Source: an uncultured Nitrososphaeraceae archaeon
GTDB lineage: Archaea > Thermoproteota > Nitrososphaeria > Nitrososphaerales > Nitrososphaeraceae
Length of the DNA stretch: 64,000 nt
Direction of reading: 5' to 3'
Assembly (NCBI GenBank): GCA_963729045.1
Contig: CAVSMN010000021.1
Location: 1-64,000, forward strand
A model generated the notes under the pieces. That model ran no database searches and was not told the DNA's origin. It saw only the letters and a program-made list of their open reading frames with translations. The translations under genes were made by a program, and so were the position numbers. Below, piece by piece: positions 1 through 12,957 of the stretch (its first letter is position 1; every line of letters starts with the position of its first letter).

Positions 1-712
1 CAAACTGCGCGAATTTGGTTTCCCTTCGCCTCCCCTTTATTAGAGGTTAGGCTCGCCATAACAGCAATCTCCCTGGCCCGTGTTTCTAGACGGAACGTAT
101 AACTCTAGAAGGCTTAAGTCCCTTTCGGAACCTCTACCTAATTCCTTTCGAGCCATACACGTCTGTAACCGGTTGGTTTCAGGCACTTTTTACCCCCCTT
201 CCGGGTACTTTTCAACTTTCCCTCACGGTACTAGTATTCTATCGGTCTTGATGAATATTTAGCCTTAGATGCTACTTTCACCCATCATCACTGGCCACTG
301 CCAAGGCCAGTTACTCTTGTTATAGCAGAATCCCATTTTCATACACTTACGGGGGTATCACCCTCTTTACCAGCACATTCCAGAGCACTTCAGTTCTGAA
401 AACAGCATCCTATACGCTATAACACACCACATCTCTATTACGTTACCGAAACAGATTCAGTTTGGGCTAATCCGTTTTCGCTCGCCGCTACTAGCGGAAT
501 CTCAATTGATTTCTCTTCCTCGTCCTACTCAGATGCTTCACTTCGGACGGTTCGCCCTCCCAAGCGTAAGCAAGGGAGTGTAATAGAGAGATCTCATTCG
601 GAAATCTTGGGATCTATGGTCGCATGCACCTACCCCAAGCTTATCGCAGCTTGCCACGTCCTTCCTCACTTATCAAGCCGAGTCATCCTCCAACCGGCGT
701 CTTCGCACCAGT
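1..712 (-). rRNA. rrl: 23S rRNA, 5' portion (runs off the window start; 5' end approximate)
   Basis: Reverse complement contains conserved 23S 5'-domain motifs (GAAGGACGTGGCAAGCTGCGATAAG, GAACCGTCCGAAGTGAAGCATCTGAGTAG, AGTACCGTGAGGGAAAGTTGAAAAG). Confidence 0.95.
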
Positions 713-956
713 TTGCACTTTGCCTATGATAATATGTCTAAAACCTAACACTTTACGCGAACATATGTAAAGCAATCTTTTTTTTATTTATTTATTTATT
801 TACCACTTAAAAACTTCTGTCGTTATTGCTAGATTATCTTTTCTAGCAATAATATGTGGCGTGATTTCTTGTTGTTGATCCTATACATGACGCTCATTGT
901 AAACTTACGCTTACTACATCCTTCATCCCTTGTCATATAACAAGGAATTGCATCAA

Positions 957-1045
957 TTTCTTTAGCGCTACTTCTTTTTCTTTAGCGCTACTTCTTTGCA
1001 TTTTGATCATATAAATGATGATCATCATCATCATCATCATTCATA
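957..1045. repeat. ITS repeats: 20-bp tandem duplication and (CAT)n microsatellite
   Basis: tttctttagcgctacttctt occurs twice with period 20 (957-997); ATC/CAT run at ~1015-1045. No tRNA-Ala seen in the ITS. Confidence 0.85.
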
Positions 1046-1087
1046 GTTTGGTTGATTGATCACATCACATCAATCACAACCCTTTAC

Positions 1088-1106
1088 ACAAAGTAGTCCG
1101 GCCTCA
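1088..1106 (-). other. 3' arm of the 16S pre-rRNA processing stem (pairs with ~2611-2629)
   Basis: GTCCGGCC near 1096-1103 is the reverse complement of GGCCGGAC near 2615-2622, flanking the 16S as expected for an archaeal processing stem. Confidence 0.65.
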
Positions 1107-1111
1107 TTCAA

Positions 1112-2579
<1,468 letters not shown>

Positions 2580-2763
2580 CAATCCATTTATTTTCTATAT
2601 AAAGTAAAGAGTACGGCCGGACAACTTGTTATTGTGCGGGTCGTGTATTGATGTGACCATTGTCAGATTCAATAATCTTAATATTGAATCTCCATGTTAT
2701 GAGCGCAACTGGAGGTCGGTGAATCACGAAATGGCACTATGACCACAATCATCCCAACGCCGC

Positions 2764-2780
2764 CTTTTATAGTTACGTTC
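2764..2780 (-). promoter_or_regulatory. Candidate rRNA operon promoter (BRE + TATA)
   Basis: Minus strand GAACGTAAC-TATAAAAG about 185 nt upstream of the 16S 5' end. Confidence 0.45.
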
Positions 2781-3103
2781 GGATCTACCCATTCACGTTA
2801 TTCACATATTAAGATTCGCATTATAAAGAAGTAACATACTACTCTATATTTGGTGTTGTTACGTCACATAGACAAGATGTAATTAATATGCCTTATATTA
2901 ATAAAATGAATGATTTTTTATTCTATTATCTGATTATATCCCATAGAACGCGCAGCTTCACATTGACAAAAAAACACTTGATATTTGCTACGAAACTAGG
3001 AAATGATATGCTCAATTAGCCAAGGCAGACAACATATTGCAATAATATAATACGAAAATATAAATGATACAATTAAGCAGAGAAATTGTAATTTTATTAA
3101 TAA

Positions 3104-4252
3104 TTAATAATTTTTTCTGGTCATACTGTCGCCAATCTCGCTCATAATCTCCATTGAATCCTTCTTTGTATCATTCGAAAATATTCGTAATGCTATTAAA
3201 TCCTTTAATTTATCCATATTAAAATCTGTCTTTGATGAAACTAGTAAAACATACTGTCCAAAAGGGAGAAAGCCCAGTTTATCACATTTATCATGTGCAC
3301 TTTCAAGATTAGTCAAGTCAACCTTATTCATCACATACAAGACTTTAGTCAAAGGTACTTTCAATTCATTAATAATATGTATGGAACTGTCTAATTTCTT
3401 CTTAATCTCTTCTATAGACTGGCTAATGTCAACTACAAGCAAAACAAGATCAGAATAAGTTATATCCTGAAGTGTTGATTTAAATGCATCGATCATATAA
3501 GCTGGAAGCTTGCTGATAAATCCGACAGTATCTGAAATTAACAGCTTCTTATCATTTTTCAAATTAATTGCTCGAGTAAAGGTAGATAGAGTAGTAAATA
3601 CCTCTTTTCCTTCCATTTTTGATTCTCCTGTTAAAGTATTGAATAGAGTCGTCTTTCCTGCAGAAGTATAGCCAGCAATAGAAATGGTAGGCAAACCTGC
3701 TCTTGATCGTTGAATCCGAAAAAGTTCTCTTCTCTTCTCTTCTCTTTCCAACTTCTTCTTCAAGATAGCGGATCGTTTCTTGATATCTAGAAAATAGACA
3801 TCAGCATCATATTTTCCCATACCAAAAAATCCTGGCTGTTCTCCTGCTCTTGCGAGTCTAACTTTTTCTCGAGCTCTAACCATGTCATATCGTAACTGTG
3901 CAAGTTTAATCTGAATTCTTGATTCCGCAGTGCTTGCTCTTAATTCAAAGATATCTAGAATTAAGCGCTCTCTATCTAGTATGTCTATTTTACAGACTTT
4001 TGCTAAATTATATTGTTGACTTGGCTTTAGCACCTCATCAAAAATAATTACTCCTGGTTTTAATTGCTCAACTAATTCCTTTACTTCTTCTGCTTTCCCA
4101 CTACCGATTCCATATTTTGACTGTGTAAGATTACGCTGGTTTACTATTTTAATAATAGAATATCCAGCTGCGTCTGCTAGAGAAATAGCTTCTTTTGTTA
4201 CCTCCTCTAAAGGATAGGTTATTAGCAGAGCTGTTTTATTAGATTTTAACAT
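3104..4252 (-). CDS. hflX: GTPase HflX
   Basis: N-terminal GSGK..E / DRERLILDIF..RA..E..Q motifs; G1 GYTSAGKT, FTTL, DTVGF, NKVD, SSK. Confidence 0.95.
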   Translation of the reverse strand: MLKSNKTALLITYPLEEVTKEAISLADAAGYSIIKIVNQRNLTQSKYGIGSGKAEEVKELVEQLKPGVIIFDEVLKPSQQYNLAKVCKIDILDRERLILDIFELRASTAESRIQIKLAQLRYDMVRAREKVRLARAGEQPGFFGMGKYDADVYFLDIKKRSAILKKKLEREEKRRELFRIQRSRAGLPTISIAGYTSAGKTTLFNTLTGESKMEGKEVFTTLSTFTRAINLKNDKKLLISDTVGFISKLPAYMIDAFKSTLQDITYSDLVLLVVDISQSIEEIKKKLDSSIHIINELKVPLTKVLYVMNKVDLTNLESAHDKCDKLGFLPFGQYVLLVSSKTDFNMDKLKDLIALRIFSNDTKKDSMEIMSEIGDSMTRKNY

Positions 4253-4762
4253 TATTTTTTTCTCTGTTTAGATTAATAATAATATTGAGGCTCATAAACA
4301 ATTTAAACCTAAAATTAAGATACCTATCAAGAGAATGTAAAACATGAATATAAATAATACTACTATGTGATGTAAGAATTAAGAAAAAGCAAAGTTATAT
4401 CGAAAATCAAAAATTCTATAATATCAATAATATAGCACTTTTCATATTGCCCAGTCAATGTTAGATGTAGATCTATGGGATACCAAATCATAGTTTAGAT
4501 GCACTAAAAAACTTTCCAGAGCATGCCAGGACTATAATGCCTTGATCGTTTACATGGATACATGTAAAATATACGAAAAATATAAAGTATACATATACAG
4601 ATGTTTGAATTTTTGTTTCGAATACTATTTCTTTTATATCAAGTAAAATTGCGGTAGAGTAGTAGTTAGAAGCTACAAGTATACATATTAGTCTTTGGGA
4701 CAACTAAGAAAATTTCATCAACCATAATGTATAACACTATCAAAATATTTTCTATCATACAA

Positions 4763-5239
4763 CTACAATTCATTCTCCATTTCAGAATGCTCTTGTGAAG
4801 TCAACATTTTGCTGAAACCCATTGAAACCCATTCTTCAATCCACACACATTTTGCAGGGCTATATTGACTAGTTTCATCGTCTGATGAACACAGATGCTG
4901 ATAATTGCAACTGATACAAGGAGCACCTTCTATGTTTGCTATTTCGATAGGTTTTTTTGCTAATTCTGCGACTATCGATGATTTTTTTACAACCAATTTA
5001 TACGTCCATCTGCCGTTATGTAACATTTTTTCTCGAGATATAAGGGACTGTTTTTCCAGATTACCTACTAATCTTGAGCCATCCCTGCTATCAAGAGAAA
5101 ACGTCTTACAAAGTTCTGTTTGGAATATTCCGTTTTCACCGCTTTTGGATATTGTGTCAAATACTTGATCAATCAACTCGCTTTTAGTTTTAATTGAAAC
5201 TTTTGGATTATAAGTTAACAGAGCTACTGTAGATAACAT
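4763..5239 (-). CDS. Transcription factor E beta subunit (RPC34-like; winged helix plus Cys cluster)
   Basis: N-terminal wHTH (GIFQTEL..SRDGSRLV..LEK) and C-terminal PCxxCxxxxxC...PxxCxxIxxW, typical of archaeal TFE-beta/RPC34 homologues. Confidence 0.75.
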   Translation of the reverse strand: MLSTVALLTYNPKVSIKTKSELIDQVFDTISKSGENGIFQTELCKTFSLDSRDGSRLVGNLEKQSLISREKMLHNGRWTYKLVVKKSSIVAELAKKPIEIANIEGAPCISCNYQHLCSSDDETSQYSPAKCVWIEEWVSMGFSKMLTSQEHSEMENEL

Positions 5240-5322
5240 GATTAATTTTAGATAAATAAAATTATTTGAACTATTTTAAATAACGGTTATTTTTACACCA
5301 CTCATTTGTTATTGATGATGGC

Positions 5323-5376
5323 CCATGTGTATATCCTCATGATTTCCACCGAATCAGATACCTATTTATAGTAACG
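5323..5376 (+). repeat. Dispersed dyad element, class A + tail E (first copy)
   Basis: CCATGTGTATAT-CCTCATG-ATTTCCACCGAA-tcaGATACCTATTTATAGTAACG. Confidence 0.9.
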
Positions 5377-5619
5377 ATATATTAGAATTTGTTATATCTC
5401 AAAAAACTAGACCATTTTTCTGATCATATTATTATTCAAGCATTGATTAATCCGTATGCTTAGGGAAAGGGCCTGCATAATACGAAAATTTTACATTTTC
5501 CCTTAAATCCAAAGATGTAAAAAGACAACATCCTTCATTGCTAAACAGAGGTTTGAGTTTTCTAAATCTTGAAGAAGCATCAAATAAAAATGACTCGACT
5601 ATTAAAGCTCGCCAAAAAG

Positions 5620-5792
5620 GGGAAAAGCCTGTTAGAAAGAACAATGCGTTACATAAAGGGCAAAACTGAATTTTAAGATGATTATTTTCCATGCAGACTA
5701 GAAAATTGTAAACTAGAGCATATACGGGATTGGTCGAATCTATTCACTGAATACCACAACTAGGATTTAGGAACAGTTAATTGAACATAGCA
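5620..5792 (+). mobile_element. IS6-like transposase C-terminal remnant with degenerate right end
   Basis: Reads KSLLERTMRYIKGKTEF*DDYFPCRLENCKLEHIRDW, homologous to 38792-38970; ends TGAACATAGCA, resembling the end at 38784. Confidence 0.7.
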
Positions 5793-6034
5793 ATAGACTT
5801 ATTATTAATCTCTATTTCTTCTGCAATTGCATTAATGCTATGTGTAGATTTCGAATGTAAATTAGAATTCTTTGACATGTTTGCTGACAAGAAATAGATT
5901 TGTTAAAACAAAGAAAATCTATTCGGTCTGGATAAAATAATTAAGTAGATAGAGTAAGTAAAAAGTAATCCCTTTCTAATGAGTCCAATTAACTCAATTA
6001 TTCATATTATTTGACCTGTGAATAGGACATATAT

Positions 6035-6136
6035 ATGAAAGTGAAACATCTATTATTATCGATCATTTTAGCCACGTTTATCGCCGGATTTGGTCTATTT
6101 GAATCCTCAAACACTAGTGCGCAGAACCCCCTTTAA
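6035..6136 (+). pseudogene. Signal-peptide-only gene fragment
   Basis: MKVKHLLLSIILATFIAGFGLFESSNTSAQNPL* is a Sec signal with no mature domain. Confidence 0.4.
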
Positions 6137-6450
6137 TGGGCTTCGGAAATAACTATCCATTGAATCATATAATTAAACTAGAGTTTGAATCTAGGACAAG
6201 CATACATTGACTGTTTTGCAGTTGTGTTCCTGTTAATCATTACTATAGCCTAGACTTTAACCAAATGATCCCAAAGAGGATAAGGACGGTGTTGGATGAG
6301 TTGAGGAGAGAATTAAGTTAGTCTAAACAGTAGTAACGATAGAAATAGTCAAGGTTTGTTGTTTAGCGAAATGTTTAACTGATTACAGAACATAATTCAG
6401 ACTATATAACGGATATTAAACGACTTTTTCAGGTCACAAATAAATTAACT

Positions 6451-6949
6451 ATGATAATTAAAGGTAAAATGTTCCATAATTAATTATTGACCATACTTAC
6501 ATTGTATTTTCCTGTCTCTATCCAATCTAATCTAGTATCTGCCCAAAGTGACGGTTATACTCATGGGTGCTCAGATGGAAAAATATAATCCGAATCAAAG
6601 ATACCTAAATCAGCCAGGAAATGGATCTGAAAATCAAAATGAAGAATTCAGGAATGAGTATATCAAAGGCTTTAATGATTGTTATGGCAGCTACAATACC
6701 TGTTATGATCAGGGCGTCCTTGACGGAATGACTGTTAACGAAAACATGAGGACAGGTCAATTTGAGAGCCAAGTTCAAAGATACGGTGGTTGCTACGACC
6801 AGGGCTTTCATTTTGGATGTGCATTGGTAAAGGGTATGCAGAGGCTTGTTTTGATTATCTGTATGAGCCGCCCCAAAACATCGGGCAACCATGAATTAAT
6901 TCATGGCAGATCCATAGTGATCAGTCCTATTTACAAGATTAAAATATGA
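6451..6949 (+). pseudogene. Frameshifted secreted hypothetical protein (YxxGxxDG-type repeats)
   Basis: Repeated Y.KGFND / YDQGVLDG / YDQGF motifs; the hydrophobic leader is in another frame. Confidence 0.4.
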
Positions 6950-8046
6950 AGAAAATGGTCTAACCATTTCTTTATACTTTCATAAACCTTCGGTTACAAA
7001 TAAATCGATAATATCTATTGTTAATTATTACTGCTAAGATGAGTGGTTTTATATTGCCTAGTTTTGTTTGTTTGGCTTTCTTTGGTTTAATTTCATCAAT
7101 CAAAATAACCATGCTTTAATCTCTCAAGATCAGTAGATTCTATTGTTATTGTTTCAAATACTCATTGTGGAGAGTTTGTCATTCATAATTCCCAAACAAG
7201 TAAATCCTAAAATTGACAAGCAGTCAGAAATTCCGAAATGTCCCTCAAAATGGTCAATAACTGAACTGATCCAGTATTGTGGACCTGATACTAACGAAAT
7301 AATTACACAGAGAGTAACACCGGTGCTAGATTAGTTGAGGAAAGAGTTAAACTTACAAAACCTCCAAATAATAGAGGTTAGTTCCTTTAGACAGCTCTGA
7401 TTAAATTTTACTCAGCAAGTTCCATCCGTACTGAAAAATGTGTTTTTGGCGGTCTAAATTGGACTGAATATTCCTCCGTGTCTGGTTAAAACATTGGTTG
7501 CCTACTGCTACACTGCAATCCGGACCAGTTTGATCGCCATATGCTGCGACACCACCTCCGGTGGCATCACTACCTTCTCCTATAACAAATCCGCAATAGC
7601 CACAATTACTATTATCAGTACCAGACTCTCCATTAGCAACACCACCTTTCTTAACTCTACATACTATCTTTATATTCTATTGGGGTGTTAGCTACATCCA
7701 TGAAGGAACACGGAAAGGTAACAACAACAAATGTAATTATTCTAACAACAGTAACAATAGTATTCATTGGTGCGTTTATTTGTGCTATCACTATCTTACG
7801 ACAAAAGACTAATGCGTAGTATGTACCAAATCCAGCTTATTCTGGTGGTGGAGAAGGACCACCGATAAAACCGTTCCATCCACCTAGTGATGCAGCTCAT
7901 AGCAAACAGCAAGAAGGGTTTAATACCACCGAACCCACATAGCATAACAGTTCTTTTAAATGGGTTCTACTAACAGATGGATAAAAAATGATAAAATTTA
8001 TACTAGTTTTATCTCATATTGGAAACTTCGATCTAACTTCTTAGAA

Positions 8047-9207
8047 TTAGTGTTTTCTTCCTCCAAAGCCTCCGAGCCTCCTGATGCCCATGGCAGTTTT
8101 TGCCTCTTTCAATACATCATTTACATATTCTTTCATCGACTCGAGGGATTCCTCTATTTCCTTTCTTCTTTTTTCAGCCTCAAATAGTTCCCTCGTTTTT
8201 TTCTCAACTTCTTTAATGAGAGTGTTATTCCACTTTGCTAAAAGTATTATCAATACTACTACAGCGACAAAGGTTGAGGTAAATAAAGTTAACATCTTTA
8301 GATTCTCGGCGGAAATTACATGTCGGATTTGTGAGTGAATTTGGTCCGTCGGTGTGACAATCTGTATAAAAAATTCAGGTCTATCTCCGATGATGACAGG
8401 AGATTGAGTATTCAGTCTTTCTCCCCTTCCATAGTCATAAATAGCGTAACCCGAGTTGCCCATCAGGAGAGAGCGAGTAAGGTTGTTCAATATTGTATTG
8501 TGATTTATAAAATCCTGTACATAGTTCCCAAAATAGTTCTGCCCTATCAATTTCTTGTCCACACCATTGGCTAGGATAGTCCCCGATCGATCAAAAGCGA
8601 CCAGAAATTGTCTGTCCCCGAGTTCCACATTTCCATATTTTGCAAAAAAGGGCTCAGTGGGAATAGCGGCTCCTACTATTCCTATATATTGGTTCGATTC
8701 TCTATTGACTATCGGATATGTTATGAATTCCCTATAGATACCCTGTCTTTCAAATCCACCAGATAGTGTTAGGTTGAGGTTGGTCTTGGTGTCTCTGATC
8801 CAATTTCTTAGCGAGAAGTCTTGTCCCAGAAAAGTTTCAGTTCCTCTGGGTGCCAAGCTCATACGTACTACTCCATCCTCGTCAATCACAAAGAGCCGAT
8901 TTACAATATCGTCGTAGTCGTCGTACTTTTCTTTTAGTAACATTTCTGGTTCTGTTCCCATTAAATCGCCTTCTTGAAAGTATTTAGATGTCGCCAATCC
9001 ATCTAACATAGTAATTACAAGATTAAGATCTGACTGAATATGATTGGAAATACTCTTTGTGGATTCAAGTTGCCTCTCCTTCTCCTCCTCAATGAACCTG
9101 TCTCTAACCGATTCTTCAGTAATGCTCTGATTGTAGATAATTAATCCTACGGATAGAGATAAAATCAAGATTACTGATATTATGCCAATTTTCTTAACTT
9201 TGTCCAA
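8047..9207 (-). CDS. Membrane Cache-domain sensor without kinase domain
   Basis: TM, extracellular Cache-like region (DFSLRNWI, YIGIVGAAIP, GYAIYDYGRGERL), TM, short coiled coil. Paralogous to 27344-29301 but lacks H-box and HATPase. Confidence 0.75.
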   Translation of the reverse strand: MDKVKKIGIISVILILSLSVGLIIYNQSITEESVRDRFIEEEKERQLESTKSISNHIQSDLNLVITMLDGLATSKYFQEGDLMGTEPEMLLKEKYDDYDDIVNRLFVIDEDGVVRMSLAPRGTETFLGQDFSLRNWIRDTKTNLNLTLSGGFERQGIYREFITYPIVNRESNQYIGIVGAAIPTEPFFAKYGNVELGDRQFLVAFDRSGTILANGVDKKLIGQNYFGNYVQDFINHNTILNNLTRSLLMGNSGYAIYDYGRGERLNTQSPVIIGDRPEFFIQIVTPTDQIHSQIRHVISAENLKMLTLFTSTFVAVVVLIILLAKWNNTLIKEVEKKTRELFEAEKRRKEIEESLESMKEYVNDVLKEAKTAMGIRRLGGFGGRKH

Positions 9208-9287
9208 TCAGACCCATTATTATTACCATCTTAGCTCTTATTAACCAATTCTGGGATGAGGGCGAATTTGAATCTAGGCTTATATAG

Positions 9288-10658
9288 TTGACTATGTATC
9301 TCACTATAAGATTGCTACGACCAGCGCTTATTACCGCTATAGGGGTACTAGCAGTTTCCATTTTAGCGAATTATTCATTAAGTTTTGGAAGTAATTTGCA
9401 GCAGATAGATAACTCATCGAACAAAGAAAATGTCACACTTTCCGCAATCCTTGAAGACCAAGGCGATCCGGCAAGGTGGAATTCGCTGATTGGGCCAGCT
9501 CTGGATAGGCTTAGAGAGGAGCATCCTGATACCACCATCAACATCGACTACAGAACTTTTCCTTATAATGAAACAAGAGAGAAGTTATTATCGACTCTTT
9601 CGGAACACATCCCAATTGATCTTATTACACTTGACCAGATCTGGCTTGGAGAGTTTGCTGAGGACCGATTAATTGCGGATCTTACAAACTACACACAAAC
9701 CTGGGATCGTCAGAAAGATTGGTATGAAGTAAATTGGGATGGTGGTGCATTAGGTGAGAATATCTATGGCATATGGGCATGGACTGATGTAAGAGGAATT
9801 TGGTACTGGAAGGATTTACTAGAAGAGGCCTCAGTTGATCCTAACTCACTGAAGACATGGGACGGATATATCGCAGCGGCAAAGCAACTAGATTCAGTAC
9901 TTCGACCTAAAGGGATAGAAGGAATTCATCTTACAGGAGCTGGGCATTCCCCTGACCTCTGGTATCCATATCTTTGGATGCTCGGTGGAAATATCTTACA
10001 GGAGAGAGAAGGACATCCCACAAAAGGTACTTACTGGTTTCCTGCTTTTAATAGCAGCGAAGGAGTAAGGGCGATGAATTTCATAAAGGATCAGGTGGAT
10101 GCGGGCATAAAACCTCAAAAGAATCATTTCTGGGGAGAGGAGTTTCTTGATCGAAAATTTGCTGTAATGATAGAAGCCCTACAACATCATATACCCATAA
10201 CGACTGCCGACAACCGATCTGCATTTGAAGAGAAGGTCGGATTTATACCCATGTTTCCTGTTCCACATGAAGGCAATCAAACTTCTACCTTAATGGGGGG
10301 ATGGCTGTTCAGTATACCTTCATCTTCAACTCACAAGGATCTCGCATGGGAGCTAATTACCATTATGCTGGAACCAGATATTCTTGGTCCATATCTCGTA
10401 AACCATGCAAATTTGCCAACTCAGATTCCAATTGGCGAAGGTCCTTTTTCGGAAGAACCAATGAGTGTTATACCATATTATGACGATTTGATTTCCATGA
10501 TTAACTCTGGTCATGAGAGACCCAATATCAGAGAATATTCTCAGATAGCTGAGTTTGTGAAGGAGGCACTAGATGGCGTTTTCTATAAAGGCGCGGACCC
10601 AAAACGAGCTCTAGATGATGCTGCCTCTGCTTCTGCAAAAGTGCTTGGTTGGTTGTAA
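9288..10658 (+). CDS. Extracellular solute-binding protein (sugar ABC SBP family 1)
   Basis: Signal peptide; DQIWLGEF, W..D.R.IWY.KDLL, TWD.Y..AA, GGW.FSIP, ALDDAA motifs. Confidence 0.9.
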   Translation: MTMYLTIRLLRPALITAIGVLAVSILANYSLSFGSNLQQIDNSSNKENVTLSAILEDQGDPARWNSLIGPALDRLREEHPDTTINIDYRTFPYNETREKLLSTLSEHIPIDLITLDQIWLGEFAEDRLIADLTNYTQTWDRQKDWYEVNWDGGALGENIYGIWAWTDVRGIWYWKDLLEEASVDPNSLKTWDGYIAAAKQLDSVLRPKGIEGIHLTGAGHSPDLWYPYLWMLGGNILQEREGHPTKGTYWFPAFNSSEGVRAMNFIKDQVDAGIKPQKNHFWGEEFLDRKFAVMIEALQHHIPITTADNRSAFEEKVGFIPMFPVPHEGNQTSTLMGGWLFSIPSSSTHKDLAWELITIMLEPDILGPYLVNHANLPTQIPIGEGPFSEEPMSVIPYYDDLISMINSGHERPNIREYSQIAEFVKEALDGVFYKGADPKRALDDAASASAKVLGWL

Positions 10659-10827
10659 TTCACGATATATGAAGCTACCATATGCTGTTTCTATATGGAA
10701 TAGAGGCATCGAGAATATCCGGGGCATTGACTTGAGATGTCATCCTTGAAGCATCCCAAGAGATCGCAGTCATATTTTCCAATTCAATGCAGGGTTAATT
10801 GTGGAGTAATGAAATATCTCGACATAG

Positions 10828-10882
10828 ATTGCATACACTAGTGTATTACATACCGCCGAATCCGCTATCTATTTATAGTAAC
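10828..10882 (+). repeat. Dispersed dyad element, class B (degenerate left arm) + tail E
   Basis: TGTATTA-CATACCGCCGAA-tccGCTATCTATTTATAGTAAC. Confidence 0.75.
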
Positions 10883-10987
10883 TACTGGTAAGACAATGAA
10901 GTATCATTCTATGTTAAATTGCTTGGATTTTGATAAATAAAGGGATGAGTGCTTTACCCAGTCCTGCGGTTTTTTTGTCTTATCCTG

Positions 10988-11185
10988 TTAAAAGTAAGAT
11001 ATTACCTGACTATCATGCTCTGTAGATTGTCCTTGGAATATGGGGGAACCAGAATACATATTTCCAGCATCTGATTGTCCACCTGCATTATTTCCGGAAT
11101 TTACCTGTACCTGAGTGTTTATGTTATTACCAGGTCCGAGTATTCTTTCAAATGACAAGAGTAACGTTCCAATTACAGAAACCAT
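10988..11185 (-). pseudogene. Fragment of an N/Q/G-rich secreted-type protein
   Basis: GNNINTQVQVNSGNNAGGQ low-complexity segment; similar composition to 22830-23570. Confidence 0.35.
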
Positions 11186-11437
11186 TTCTGGAATTAATTT
11201 CTAACATACGTATTTTCCATTACCTGGGTTATACCTCTATCAAACTGGAAGACTCAACCATTCTAGTCGCTATGACCTCATCCTGAAAAAAACACTAATA
11301 AACCCGTCAAATGGGTCTGTCAAGATAACCAAAATAAGAAAAATCTATCAAATTATACGATGATAATTCTAAAAAATTTTTTCTCAGGCACACAAACCTT
11401 CACTCTGAACTAACCTTGTAGCAATGACTATTTATCT

Positions 11438-12272
11438 ATGTACATTATAAGAGAAACATTGAATCAAATAACTAATTTGTTAGTACTTTTGATAGTGGCT
11501 TTATTTATTTTACCTGTCTCAGCATTCATGTATGCTAGTGGGTCTACTGATAATAGTGACTCATCACCGTCTGACTTTCTTCCCGATAACGTCGACTCAT
11601 CATCCGGTAGTGAGTCTACTGATAATAGTAACGGCACGTCAGACAGTGGGTCTACTGATAATAGTGACTCATCACCGTCTGACTTTCTTCCCGATAACGT
11701 CGACTCATCATCCGATAGCGGGTCTACTGATGTAAATGCCGATTCATCAACAATCGACTACGGAAAATAATCCCACTTTACCAAGTGAATCTCCGTTAAG
11801 TAACAATACTGGAAATGTACAAGGGGAGGATTTGGTCAGCATCATCCTGACCTTGCACAACCAAGAGCGTGCTGCAGTTGGGGTTCCACCGCTTACGTGG
11901 AGCGACAGCCTCGCCGCCCACGCACAGCCTTGGGCCGATAATGTATATGCTACAGGTGATGCGTCCCATTCAAGTGGGCGTGCTGACTTCGGTTTTTATG
12001 GTGAGAACATGGCAAGGGGAGGAGGTCCGTCTTATGCAACTCCGTCTTGGCTAGCTCAGACGTGGGCCAACGAAAAGAGTGGATATGTACCGGGCACCCC
12101 CGCGTCCGATAGCACTGGCCATTACACTCAGATGGTTGACAAGCAATCAACCGAGGTTGGTTGCGGGTTTACTAGTGGACCCGGTGGTCTATACGCTGAA
12201 TATGGTGGAACGAATGTATTGGTTTGTCAATATACTCCCCCTGGCAACTGGAATAGTCAACCACCATATTAG
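11438..12272 (+). CDS. Secreted CAP/SCP-domain protein with Ser/Asp-rich linker (one frameshift at ~11765)
   Basis: Signal peptide; linker with a 70-bp direct repeat (11537-11606 and 11645-11714); LHNQERAAVG..L.W, GENMA, GHYTQMV, VGCG, VCQY.PPGN. Confidence 0.9.
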
Positions 12273-12703
12273 AAGGACCTCCTTCCTGTCACGGTAAGTA
12301 CTCGCCTTTCACCCTGAACCAAGACCAAAGACGTTGCTTTTACAAACAAATTAGCACTTAAAAAATGAGAGTGAGGTGGAGTCTCCCTCTTTTATTTTTT
12401 AAAAGAATTTGAAGGATTCAAAAAACCATAGTGAACAAATGATACTCTTATGTATTTAACGGAGTTTCCTTACGATATGAAATTTTTGAGTAATAATTAA
12501 TCGGTCTAGTCTATTCATAATAATTTTATCAAACTAAAATTTACTAGATCAATAATCATATCGACAAGGTGGAGCCTACAGGACCTTAAAGAATAAAATT
12601 CACAATACAAAACCGTGAGAAATTGACGTTCATAATGGCAAAACTCTCTACATTCAGAAAATAGTATTTCAAAGCAGATAAATATTGTTTGTCAATTCTT
12701 GAT

Positions 12704-12743
12704 TTGCAAATTCAAGTCGAATTTGTTTCACATATCACCGAAC
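12704..12743 (+). repeat. Dispersed dyad element, class B
   Basis: TTGCAAAT-TCAAGTCGAATT-TGTTTCA-CATATCACCGAAC. Confidence 0.85.
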
Positions 12744-12957
12744 CAAAATTGAGGTTATTTTTTCTAGAGAATATGCTTAAAAAGTCACTAAAGATTTAAC
12801 ATCTTTTAAAATTCTCGCATAGATGGAGGAGGATTGGCTAAAAGAATAAAGTGGATCTAGTTAAGGATAGTATGAGTTATAACTCAAATATTTCTTAAAG
12901 ATTCTTCCCAATTGTTTATTGGTATAGTTTTTTTCTAAAATCAATTAGGGGGAGATA

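Noticed and set aside
5342..5353. TTCCACCGAA as an origin recognition box (mini-ORB)
   Set aside because: Only superficial similarity; no G-string, no cdc6/orc1, and no clustering around an unwinding element.
5447..5692. 81-aa minus-strand ORF
   Set aside because: Largely antisense to the IS6-like remnant on the + strand.
6331..6372. Possible very degenerate E+B copy (also ~57732-57758)
   Set aside because: Too diverged to count without a profile search.
7921..7940. ATACCACCGAACCC as another element copy
   Set aside because: Right-arm match only, with no spacer, left arm, D or E; lies in a decayed ORF.
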